NCBI GenBank assembly: GCA_023213395.1
Contig: CM041465.1
Span: forward strand, 76,515,741-76,579,740
Direction of reading: 5' to 3'
Length of the DNA stretch: 64,000 nt
From: Cycas panzhihuaensis
Taxonomy: Eukaryota; Plantae; Cycadophyta
Made by a program: the position numbers and the translations under genes. Under the pieces are notes generated by a model. That model was not told where the DNA came from. It did no database searches and saw only the letters and a program-made list of their open reading frames with translations. This document shows positions 25,990 through 38,800 of the stretch, piece by piece (within the stretch, counting starts at the first letter, position 1; every line of letters begins with the position of its first letter).

Positions 25990-26317
25990 TCTAGGTTGTG
26001 ATCTTGAGGAGCATGTTCATTTGATTTTGAAAATAATTCATTAGAAGTTTGTGTTGGGGCATATTTTGTTAAAATATTACGTGTCATAGTAAATTTTATG
26101 TTAACAAATAAATAGTTAAGTTGAGTAGTTGAAAAGTTATTATAAGGAGTCACTTCAAAAGTATATACGTAATAAGTTCAGACATAAGTAAGGTTGTGAA
26201 GGGGGGGATATAACTGTGTTTTATGGTATTCATCCAAACATTGGTGGATGGTATAGAACTAGTGTGGGATGATCATGTACTTAACACCCTTTGTGTCCAT
26301 GATAGTGGTGTTATATT

Positions 26318-26629
26318 TAAAGGAAGGATGGATCTAGGAGATAAATCACTCACATGCACACAATGGCAATGGAGAATGAAAAAGAAGATGAAACAAGATA
26401 TGAGAGCAACCTTGGAGGTGAGAATGAATAACTACTCCCTCCTTGAGATTTCACCTTTTATTATTGAGGGTGAGCATTAGGGTTAGGATTTTCTGACCTA
26501 ATGACATGAACTCGAAATTACATCTAAATACATATAAAGTACATTTCATTAAGAGACTAATGCTAATAATATACCCTAAGGTCACATAATTAATCTACAT
26601 AAATGACCTTGATACATTAACCTCTTTTA
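26318..26629 (-). repeat. 3' LTR of element E
   Basis: Colinear with 34695-35006; about 17 substitutions in 312 bp by hand count. Confidence 0.95.
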
Positions 26630-26939
26630 ATCCCCCCCTTAATGGTAGAAGGTCATTTTCAAAAAATCTATTCTATGAGGTCTTCATTTGAGCCTCATTA
26701 TTACATTGAAATTCTAAATAATACTTTTGTGGGAAAACCCTTATGGGGAATAAAACCCATAAACTTTCTAAGATCTATAGCCCCTTTTATAAATCAAAAT
26801 GGCTAAGGTGGCTCTTTGATGTGGCCTGATAGCCAAGCAACTTAAATGTGCAGCTTAATTTGCTAAGTCTCCATATATTGTTTGGTCATCCCCTATGCCC
26901 TTTTGGGTTTTCACAGGTTCTGATTTTCTAAAACAAGTA

Positions 26940-27048
26940 CAACCCTTATCCTTCCATGCCCACATGGGGTTTTCACAAAGAGGATAGAGCAGGGACTTAC
27001 TCTTATTCTTCCGCACCCACAAGGGGTTTTCACAAAGAGAATAGAGTA
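26940..27048. repeat. ~57-bp tandem duplication in the 3' UTR of element E
   Basis: cccacatggggttttcacaaagaggatagag / cccacaaggggttttcacaaagagaatagag. Confidence 0.75.
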
Positions 27049-27075
27049 TGATAATCCTGTTGCCATCTTCTTTGA

Positions 27076-30000
27076 TCAATCGAAGATAGAGGCCCTAAGG
27101 CCGAGTTGCCTTTGGAACTGTTCAAACTTCACCCTTTGCAGTAGTTTGGTGAAGATATCATCCACTTGATCTATTGTGGGACAGTAATCTAATTGAATTG
27201 TGCCATCATGAACAAGTTCCATAATTCTGTGGACTTTTATACTTATATGTTTGGTACGATCATGAAATACAAGATTTTTTGCCATGCAGATTGCTGATTG
27301 ATTATCCACATGAAAACTCATAAGACTTGTTTGGGTGATATTCAATGTTTCTAATAATTTTCTCAGCCATATCACCTCTTTACTGGTCTCAGAAGTAGCA
27401 ATGTATTCAGCTTCGGCAGTTGAATCTGCAACTATCTTCTATCATCTGGATCTCTATGATATTGGTGTTATTCCAAGAAACATTACATACCCAGACGTAG
27501 ATCTTCCTGTATCTTTATCTCCTACAAAGTATGAGTCTATGTATGCAGAAAGTTTAAAGTTTGAATTAGGTTCATACAACAGACCATATTTGTTGGTCGT
27601 CTTAAGGTATCTCAACACTCGCACTACTGGCTGCCAATGATTCTACTTAGGATTTGTTATGTAACGAGCAAGAATGCCGATAGAGTGTATAATATCTGGC
27701 CTTGTATTGGTAGTGTAGATAAGACTACCTACAAGTTTCCTATAGAGCATTGCGTCTGCCTCCCTAGTGTCACCTTCAGTTGAGAATTTGGTGTTAGGAT
27801 CCATAGGTAACATCATTGGTCGAGCATCTTCTAACTGGAACTTTGTTAGAAGATCGTTGATGTATTTTTCTTGGGAGAGGAAAATTTTTCCATTCTTTTG
27901 TATTACTTTAATTCACAAGTAATATTTCATCAAACTGAGGTCAGACAATTCAAACGTTTTGCCAAGGTCCTTTTTCAGCTGGCTTATTACCTGTTCACTA
28001 TTACTCATTACTAGTATGCCATCCACAAAGATTATAAGATAAGTGAATTTATCCTTATAGCGCTTGATGAACAACGTTACATCAATATCTTGATAGTCAC
28101 AAACCTCGTATCCAAGTTGCCTCATCCTTTCAGACAACTTGACAAACCAAGCACGAGGGGCTTGTTTAAGGCCATACAAGGACTTTCTAAGACTGTAAAC
28201 CTTATGCTCTTGACCTTCGATCTCATATCCTTCTGGCTGAGCCATGTAAATTTCTTCTTTAAGATCTCCATTGAGAAACGCGGTCTTAATATCGAGTTGG
28301 TGGATTTTCTAACCCTATTGAGCAACCAAGGCCGCGAGAGTTCTAATTGTAGGCCATTTGGTTGTAGGTGTAAAGACTTCAGTGTAGTCGATGCCTTCCC
28401 TTTGTGTAAATCCTTTAGCTACCAACCTCGCCTTGTGTTTTTCAAGGGTGCCATTTGATCTATATTTATTTTTGAACTACCTTTCTGCCAAGTGGTAGAT
28501 CAACAAGCTCCCATGTACCATTCTTGATAAGAGATTGGTACTCTTTGTTCATGGCGTTTCTCTAAGCTATATGCTTTACAGCTTCTTGGTACGTTAAGGG
28601 CTCTTCATTAAGAGTAAGGTGAAATTCTGCTGGTTCAAGCTCAGTATATAATGATTCCTGCATCCTTACTCTATGGGCACTTCGAGTGCCAGTTTTTCCC
28701 ACCTCATCTGGCTGTATGTCCTTATTGTGCTAGTGGGCTTCTTAAGATCCTCGAGTTGGGAATGATGTCCTCATTTCCCCAACTTCTTGGTTCTTATCAT
28801 GTTTGTTAAAATGATTATTTTGTGAGGAGGATGTTGATGTGCTTGAGGAAGATGGTCCTTCTACCACTATTTTGTCTTTATCAACTAAAGGTGGAGAGGA
28901 TGATTCTTCTATAATGGTTTTGCCTTATCAACCCTGTTATCTTCAAAAGATGGTGTTGGATGTGCACTCATTTGTTCAGAGTTATAACTTGTATCCTCCA
29001 AGGCTCTATTGTCAGCTTCTAACATTTGGAGTAATTTATGTTTATCCCCGTCCCCCCCCCCCTAAATTTTGGAATCTGAACATCATGCTTGATAACATGA
29101 TTGTAGCGGCGTGAGGGTACTATGGAGTCTAATTTAAGTAACTGATCCTCTGTCTCCGCAAAAATGACATCTCTAGTAACGATGATTTTTCATTGTGAAG
29201 GTATGAAGACCTTATACCCTTTCTTATCCATAGGGTATCCAACAAAGATGCCTTTAAGTGCCCTTAGCTGGAGTTTATTCTGATCTACATCCATAATATG
29301 GGCATAGCATGTAGAGCCAAAAATTCTAAAGTAGTAAATAATGGGGGCTTGTCCTGACCACTTTTCATTAGATGATTGTACTTCCTTTGATGGGCTAATA
29401 ACATTGATATAATAAACAACTGTCCAGATTGCTTCAGCCCATAGATAGGCAGGTATATTTTTATATATTAACATAGCACAAGCCATGTTTATAATTGTCC
29501 TATTCATGCACTCAGCAACTCCATTTTGTTATGGGGTACCTGCTACTGTTGTTTGATGCTTGCTGCCATTGTCTCGAAGGTAGCTTTCAAACTCATGTGA
29601 GGTATATTCACCACCATTATCAGTTTGAAGATATTTGAGTTGATAACCTGACTCTTTCTAAGTGAGGGCTTTGAATTCCTTGAATATATAGAATGCTTTA
29701 TCTTTCTTGTGTAAAAAAACTACCCATACTTTTCTAGTGAAATTATCAATGAAAGAGATATAATATAGCTTGCTCTTCAGTGAAGGAATGGGCATTGGCC
29801 CGCACAAATCAGAGTGTACCAATTGTAATGGATGGCTCAATTACCACTGACTTTTGGGAAGGGGTTGTCGATGAGATTTGGCAATGATACAAGCTTCATA
29901 TTTAAAGGACTTAGAGGAAAACTTTGGAAGGTTTAGAAGAGTATTAGAAAGATCTCTAAGTCTATCAATGTGAACATGGCCCATACGAGTATGCCAAAGA

Positions 30001-31650
30001 GCTTCTGGTGACAACATTGGATGGGTTAAGATGGAATTAAATGCAAATTCTTCATCGACATAAGGGCTTTGGGCACAATGGGCTTCAGAAGATGGAGAGC
30101 CATTCAGTCGAAAGAGTTTGCCAGAGAGATGTCCAGTCAAAACCACCTGATTAGTTGGAGGGTGAATGACCTTAAGAGTCTAGTCATTTGCAGTTACACT
30201 GAGATCAAATCCACGAGAAATAAGTGTGGATAAAGAGAGTAGGTTTTGTTTGAGATTGGGTATGTATAAGACATCAAGTAATGTAAAATCTTCTAAGCCT
30301 GGGAGTTTTAGGTGAATGTTGCCAATCCCTTCAACAGGTTGTTGTGATTTATCAGCCATGTAAACAACTCCATGAATATTTGAGTCAAATGTTTGATATA
30401 GACTGTGATTGCATGTCATATGTTGAGTTGCTCCTGTGTCCATGATCCACTGTCCATCGATTGAAGCCACACTATAGCCAATTCCAATAGGGCTAGGCAT
30501 TGGTGAAGGGAATTTATAAGTGATATATCTACACCAAGCTTCAAAGTATCTCTTTGGTTGGTCAATGGCATTTGATGTTGAAGATCCCTCAATTCTTTGA
30601 ATGTGTGCTTGTACAAAACCTGCACCACTAAAGGATTCTTCACAAGTTTCTTCAACATTGTGAGCTCCATGTTTTAGTTAGAACTTGGCCAACTTATAAG
30701 TGGCAGTTCTACAATCTTTTGCTAAGTGTCCTTTACTACAATCGATCACAAATAATGGTTTGATTACCAGTCCCTAAAGAAGTACTGGTTTGGCCTGACT
30801 GTCTTCCTCTTTGTTGAGGTGGCCCTTGGCCTTGAAACTATCGAGGTTGTGATTGAGGGTTTAATTGACCTTGTGGACGATTTCCCATATTTCTTCCTCT
30901 TTCTCTTACTCAGTTATTTCCTCTGCCATGAGAGGGACCATGGATTTTTGTGTAGAAAACTTCTTCTTCTACCTCAAAGGCTGCATCTGGAAGAGATTCA
31001 GAGGCTACAAAGTTTGTATCAAAGGTCTTGTTAAATTCTATAAACTTTTCAGCAAGTACTTCAAAGTTAAGTGTCTTCAATGTTCCACTAGATTGAAGAC
31101 TTCCCAACAAGTTTTTATAATCGGGGACATGTAAATATGATTGGATCAAAAATGCCCAAGTGATGCATTGGGTCTTAAAGTCTTTGTCAATTACCTATTT
31201 GATTGGTTGAAGGAGATTTATTGTCTCATGAGCTCATCCTTTCTGTATTTTTAATTTGTTCATTTTCAAAACAAGATGAACAAATTCTAAATCTGACTTT
31301 GTATCAAAGTTCTTTTTAAGAACTTCTAGGACCTTCCAGTCTGTATCATATTCGTCTTCATTTATCATGTTGTGTAAGGAGTGATCAATGACCAACAAAA
31401 TTCCTACACGAATCTTTTCATCATCTATCTCCTATTGTAGTTTAGTTGCAACATCTGTAGGAGCTGTTGGGGCGGATCCACTGGAAGCAGCTATTGTAGC
31501 CGTTGCTGGTATGCTAGGTATAAGCTGCAAGTAGGCTCTCCAAAGGCCTTCATACTTTACAACATTTTTAATTCCAGTGTATCATATATCCCAATTTTCT
31601 TTGTCTTTCAATATGTAGTTAACATTTTTCTTGAATTGAGATGACATGGT
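27076..31650 (-). pseudogene. Disrupted gag-pol of element E
   Basis: Zinc knuckle (GHLAKDC), PR WIMDTGATQHMT, GAG-pre-integrase LWHTRMGH, INT LVHSDLCGP, RT LRKSLYGLKQAPRAW and IFVDGIL, RH VDNQSAI...HDRTKHI. Confidence 0.93.
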
Positions 31651-32418
31651 GATGATGAAGAAGTAGAAGAGATGATAGAAGTATGTGCCACTAACACGTT
31701 TGGCTAGTACACATGGTGCAATAGGGATATAGAAATGATTATTATGATGAGAAGTAAGCAATGATTAACTATTTTTTAACAATTATATAAAAAATGAATA
31801 TAAGTAATGATGTAAGAATGAGGCCTAATGTAGAGCTGACAAAGAGTGGTGATGTGTCATGCCACTAACCTCTCATTTATGTCGAAATGTAGGTGAGGTT
31901 TCGATGCCTAATGCTTCTAGTATACGATTAGGGCCTTCACCTGCAATACCCGCACCTGCGCTTGGTGATGAAATCCAAGTCACAGTGGAGCCCAGGTACT
32001 CCCGGTCCTCACCCAGTTCACCAATAAACAACTATATACCTCCTCCGAAGAGTCAAATGGTACTGCGTATCCCATGACTATGACAAATATTGGACTAAGT
32101 TAATTTTAATCTTGCATTAAGTTTTTTAGTTTTTCTGGGTGGTTATTAGGATTATCCTTGATTGGAGGCCATAGGTATGGCTAACATGTCCCTCCACCAC
32201 TATTCCGGTTAAGACCAGACCTAATATGAAACTCACACCTCCCTTAGGGCCTGGACTTCAGCTAACCTTGGTCTATTTCAACCAAGGTGAGTATGCGCAT
32301 AAGTCAAGAACCCGACAAAGATAGATCGTGATGATGAGATTCCTTTTAGGAATAGTGTAAGATGTTTCCATATAACTGAAAACTGAAATAGAAACTTGCC
32401 AAATGTGCTTGCTTGCTT

Positions 32419-32510
32419 TGTTGTTATTGCTACTTTTGTGATGCTTTATTGTTGCTGCTACTTTTGTGATGCTTTATTGGTGTTGCTAATTTTGTGATGC
32501 TTTATGTTAT
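32419..32510. repeat. ~29-bp tandem repeat x3 in the leader of element E
   Basis: tgttgttattgctacttttgtgatgctttat and two variants. Confidence 0.8.
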
Positions 32511-33822
32511 GTGTGCAAATAGAAAAGCATGTTAGATTTAGTAGGGGAACTAGATGTTGCTTTCGATCCAAGATTTCCCTTGCTTTAGTACAATGTTTCC
32601 AAATATGATTTTGGAAATTTTGATACAAAATCCACAATGGGCTAAAAAGTAGATCAACTTGCCACTAAAATGATGATTTTTCTAAATCTATATCTATGCT
32701 ATTTTGCCATATTTTATGATTTTTTTACAAAATTTATAAATAATGATAAATGAGCAAATTTTTAGAAATTACAAATATGAAGGCCTAAATGATGAAATCT
32801 AAATTTATGACAGAAGGAAAAAGTGTTTAGAATATCATTTCTGATAGAGTTATGAAGTCATATTTTAGAAAAGGCACAAAAGTTTTTCTGCCTGAAAAAG
32901 CACCAAAGTAAAATCATGTCAGATCAATAGTCTCAGAATCTGAACTTCAATATTTTAAAAGTTACATTTTGACATGTACATTAACTTTCCCTTCTGCACC
33001 ATCTACAAAATCTTCCAAAAACTTTCCTGAAATGCCCTTGCAAGGTCCTTTGTGGGGTTGAGTAGGCAAAATCAACAACCGTGAGAAAACTACATAGATC
33101 TCACTAACCAGTGGATGAAATTTAATGAGATTTATCTTAACATTATCTTTAGACATAAATGTACCAGATCCCTTAATAAAATTTTTAGATCTTCAGCTTA
33201 TAATTGAAGGATTTCATTAGGAAAAGTGCGTTAAATCACTTATCCACAAAATTTACCCTTTTGTCATAGCTAAAACTCATTATTACATGCTAAATCTGAA
33301 GTTTCTCTATAAGTCAAAACTAATCCTCTAGTGAAGGTGACCTTGCATGTCAAATTTCATCAAATTCTGAGATGGTTTGATCCCAAAAGAGCTTAGTTTG
33401 GTGAAGAAATCAATTATCAATCTTTCCTCCTTGAGATCCTGGGAGTTAGTGTAGAAAGCTCAATAACATCAAAACAACAATGAGCCCATGAAAGGAAAAT
33501 TCTACACCAAATCAATTATACTTGACATTGATCCAAAAGTATGAGGAGTAATACTTTTATTAAACCATGAAAATCTCCATTTAATGGTGGAGAGATCAAC
33601 TAGAAAAAGAATGGTAAAATTACAAGGAATAAATGTTACAATTATACCATAAGGAGGACTCCAACCCTCCAAATGCTTCTCCAAGGATGCTTCCCAAGTC
33701 AAGTCTCCAAGAACCACCTCTCCAACCTGTAGAAGGGCTCAATTTATAGAAAGAAACCCCGAATTGCATGTTTAACAAGTGGCAATCATGCAAGTATAAC
33801 CACTAACCACCAGAATGCATGT

Positions 33823-34200
33823 TGTCCAAGTGGCCTTCATACAATTCTTAAAAAGTTACAACTTGTAATAGATCTTAACGTACTCAATTTGGCTCAAATT
33901 TGGTACATGTATAGGAACGCATGTCCCTCTTTTCCTCAAATTTTCAGCTCATTTGGATGTCATTTGACTACATTTTATTCATTTAATAATAATATGTATT
34001 TGCTTTTCTCACTGTCCAAGTGGCCTTCATGCAATTCTTAAAAGTTGGCTTGTAATCGACCTTAACGGACTCCAATTTAGCTCAAATTTAGTACACTTAT
34101 AGGAACGCATGTCTCCTCCGCTTCCTCAAAATTTTAGCTTATTTGGATGTCATTTGGCCATGGTTCTATTCATATAATTATAATATATATTTTCTATTTT
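33823..34200. repeat. ~190-bp tandem duplication in the leader of element E
   Basis: tgtccaagtggccttcat...tataggaacgcatgt...atttggatgtcatttg present at ~33823 and ~34013. Confidence 0.85.
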
Positions 34201-34694
34201 TTTACGCTAGTGTGGGATTAATTTTATGCAAAGACAAGGCTTGAACTCTAATCAAATGATATTTTCTAAACCCCACCTTTTGTACACATCTAGTGGGATT
34301 TGTCTTATCCCTTTAAACAAAATTTCATAGAATTTTGATACCATTTGGCCATATCTCTTTTAGTTATGCCAATGCCTAGCATTTTCCGCATCCTGTAAAC
34401 ATATGGTAGATCCTCCTGGATCATGGTTAAATTTTTATGAAAATTTAGGCCTTTAATGCTCCCGAGACTATTCCGGCAACTAAATGGCTTCAAAAACCTG
34501 TATTCTTCACCTCTGAATTTCTACACACATGGACAAAGCAACAACATGCAAAATACTATAATTTTATGCTCTCAAAATGTTAAAAAAATAAGGAATGCAC
34601 TCTCAATACTTCACATTAAAGGTGAAGGAGAGGCAAAGTGACTCTATGCAAGTGGAATGGAGTGAATAGATCCCCTTATGGCTCTAATACCACA

Positions 34695-35006
34695 TGAAGG
34701 AAGGATGGATCTAGGAGATAAATCACTCACATGCACACAATAGTAATGGAGAATGAAAAAGAAGATGAAACAAGATATGAGAGCAAGCTTGGAGGTGGGA
34801 ATGAATAATTACTCCCTCCTTGAGATTTCACCTTTTATTATTGAGGGTGAGCATTAGGGCTAGGATTTTTTTGCTTAATGATATGAACCCGAAATTACAT
34901 CTAAATGCACATAAAGTACATTTCATTAAGAGACTAATGCTAATAATATATCCTAAGGTCACATAATTAATCTACATAAATGACCTTGATACATTAACCT
35001 CTTTCA
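34695..35006 (-). repeat. 5' LTR of element E
   Basis: tgaagg...ctttca termini; adjacent to the PBS. Confidence 0.95.
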
Positions 35007-35849
35007 GTATTCAATTTTGCTATAATGATATAAACAACACATTGGATGATATCTGCTTATATATAAATCTATACCATTATTTGTGTTGGATGTTGTACAT
35101 AAAATTGTATAATAATGGTATTATTGCATTATAATTTTTTCTATCATTCTCTTCCTAGAAGGACCTGGTATGGAGTGAACAAACATATAGCATCATTGCC
35201 GGTATAGGAATGAGATAAGAGTAGGATTATGATGAGAAAGGTTTTTTAATGTAGTCAAAAGCATATGATCTTGGATCCAAACACAAACCATGCACCACTT
35301 GAAGATTTGATATGAATTCAGTTAACTGAAAATAATGTTGAGGTTATTAGTAGGATAGAGTCATTTTTGCTATAACATGGTATTATTGAATATTATATCA
35401 ATGACATTATAGTCATAGAACCAATGATGCTCGCTAATATCTTGGATCATGATCAGTTCTAATGCCTGGTTCAGAAATGGAATGATCATCACAAAATTTT
35501 AAGTGCACTAATGATACAATGAATCAAGAGCCACAATTAAGAAGATTTGTATAAATACGTATGACAAGCCAATAAAAGGACAGTCCCTTAAATCAAAGTA
35601 GTTGGTTGATTGTAGATCAAGCATGATAAGTTTGGTGAATGTAGGAGCAACAACATGGATTAGATCCAAATTCAAATAATATCATTAATGCATTCCCACA
35701 CTTGAGTCTTCAAGGATGCAAAGAGTCATCCTCTATAGATAACACCACACAAATAACGAAACATACGAGTCCCAAGCAAAGATGTTCCTTATTTGGGAAA
35801 TTCTATGGATAAAGGCATCTTGATTATAAAGATGAGTTCTGACAGTGAA

Positions 35850-38800
35850 GGCTTTCACAATTAAGAATGTAAGATCAACATTAAAACTGTCAACATTGAT
35901 TATGGCAACCCTTGAAGGTGGGAAACAAAAGTTATCAACATTTAGTGGGAAGGCGGATGAAGATCTAACTCATCACTGCAACATGTGTGAGATGATTTGG
36001 ATAGCCAATATTGAAACTAATAAAGATCTTTGGCTATAGGCATTCCCTACAACTCTTCACGAAACAAAAAATGATTGATTCAGAGAGTTCAATAAGTGGC
36101 ATTTTACTTTTGAAAAGGAATTTTGATTTTTATGGGATGATAATGAGGTTGTAGATCAAATACATAATCTCAAGCAAGAAGCTAAGGAAACTCGTAAAAG
36201 TTACAACACAAAGTTAAAGATCATACTTAAAAAAATGGAAAGTGAAGTAACGAATGGCTTATGAAAGAGATGGTTTTCAAAGGGATTACTTCTAAAATAT
36301 AGAAGTAAACTTCAAGTAATTCTATTAGCATCATATCAAGAGGTAGTTGATTGAGTGATGAGTCTAGAAATTGAATATAAAATGGAAGCATGTCATTAGA
36401 CCAAGATCACAAAAGTTGATGGAAAAGAAGAATCCTCTACTAAAGCATTACAAGACGATTTAAGGAGAATGTTGAAAGATCTAGCTTACAACAACCAAAG
36501 GAATGATAGAAAATCTGGTGTATTAAGTGTAGGATATGACACATGGAAGCAAAATATGCCAAAAACTAAGTACTTAAGTATTGCTACATATGTAAAATAA
36601 ATAAGCAAGATATGAACAAATGTCATTTTAACATTAGATCACAAAGATGCTAAGATCAAGATGCTTATTTAGCATACCAATAAATGAATAGAGCCCCCTT
36701 GGGATATGGGTGTAGATTCAACAAATAAGTGCTAAGAGATCCTCAAGGACATCCCATAATCTAATGTTTTCAATGTAAGTTGTGGGGACATTTTAACAGA
36801 GATTGTCCAACTAGAGTAAACAATATTACCACAATGTTACATTGATGGTGTGGGTCGGGAGACCACGACGATGATCATTGCTCCCAATAACAAAATATGT
36901 TCATCAATTTAGTTGACATTGAACCATCTCTAGATGATATCAACAAGCCCATGCCAACTTATGTAGTCTATATAAGAAGAAATAAAAGGCAAGAATATTT
37001 GGATCCAAGGGAGGAAAAGGCATAGATGCAATAAGCATAGGATGTAATACGATATGTTCAAGAATGACAAGAGTAAATAAAGGCGACATTACAATAAGGA
37101 CAACCTAAATAAAAGACACCAGTATAAAACATATTAATGCAACCTACATGAAGGAAGAATGAAAGGCTCAATACATTAATTGACCAACTCTTACAAGTAG
37201 AAATTCTAGTAAAGATCCTAACACTGCTACAACATGATCCATCACTAATGGAAACTGTGATAACATACACAATGAACATGTGAAAATAATTCACCTACCA
37301 CCTCCTCAAAATTTCATGATCATTGAAAAGGACCCATGTACCAGAAAAATGGTCAAAAATGACCCCAGTGTCAATAACCCTTAAGTAAAGTGTTATGTTA
37401 GATCTTTAAGAGTTGACCAAGATATAGAAGTTACTATGAAATTGTTACAGTATATCTTGGAATACATAGTGGTAGATAGAGGCATAATAGTAAATGTTAT
37501 ACTTGTAACAACTTGGGAAAGAGTGGGCAGGCCCTACTATGGCCACCTAGATTTCGATTAAGATTAACAAATCAACATGATGTACAACCCTTAGGGATGA
37601 TGATGGCATAAAAGATTCATATTTGGAATCATGTATTTGTTATAGATTTTATAATCATTCCTATGATAGATGGGATGCCACCATCTTATGATGCACTATT
37701 AGGATGACCATGGTTATGTGGTTCATGCATTGTCCAATACTGGAGGCACAACACATTAGCAATCAAACAGAATGGAAAGAAAATGTTAATAGATTTAAAT
37801 CATCTCATAATAAATGACGAGCTAATGGATTCAAGCTCCTCAGAGGAGAACGATAATCATAATAATTATCATGATGATGTAGAAACAAATGATGATCAAC
37901 ATCCATTGAATGTACAGTTTGATAATGATAATATATGTGAGTCCATTAAATGTGTTCTATATTTAGATATATGTTCTAAATATGAAGTAGATTTGGATAA
38001 TGGATTGTTTCATTGGCAACAACAAGACTATGAAATCTTTTTACGTTCATGTTATTTAATCAATGTTGAACCATGGAATCCTAAAATTATATATCTGCTA
38101 GAGAATACATGTGAAACAACTAGCCATACAAAAGAATACCCAACCCATTCTCTGAAGTCATAGTAAGGGAACAACCAATACTTAAGGAATTTTCATACAA
38201 CTTCCATATTAATGAACAAATCTTTTACAATGAACCTCCTCAATGACTAATTAATTTAGGATTTAAGCAAAAAATGCAAACTATTAAAATAGGTGAAGGG
38301 TGGGATCCCATGTTGATAAAGGCAGCTACAACAATATTTTTACAATATAAAGATGTATTCACATGAGCTTACAAAGACTTGATAAGTATATCGAAAGACT
38401 TATGCGAACATAAAATTGAGTTAATACCTAGGGCCAAAGGCATGAAACATTGATTATACCAAATGAATCTAAAATATGTAGCACAGGTCAATGCAAAGAT
38501 TACATTTAATGTAAACACAAGTAAATGGGTTTCATCGATTATGGTCGTTCCTATGAAGAATACCAAACTTTGAATTTGTGTGGATTTTCAAAAATTAAAT
38601 GTAGTAACTCACAAAGGCCTATTTCTAATACCATTTACCAATACCGTATTGGAAGAAGTTGTAGGACATGGAGTATACTCATTTTTAGATGGATTTTTCG
38701 GTTACAACCAAATTAGTATTACTGAAAATAATAAGTTAAAAAGTATATTCATTACACACTTTGGAATTTTTGCGTATAATCACATGCCATTTGGACTATA

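Larger units (their letters stand above)
26318..35006 (-). mobile_element. Element E: full-length Ty1/Copia LTR retrotransposon with ~3-kb 5' leader
   Basis: LTRs at 26318-26629 and 34695-35006. TSD atatt/gtatt. PBS gctctaatacca at 34681-34692. PPT (atccccccctt on +) at 26630-26640. Copia domain order gag-PR-INT-RT-RH. Confidence 0.95.

Noticed and set aside
25620-26317. TRIM (LTR-PBS-short internal-PPT gaagggggggat-LTR)
   Set aside because: The sequence after the purine tract does not resemble the LTR upstream of the PBS.
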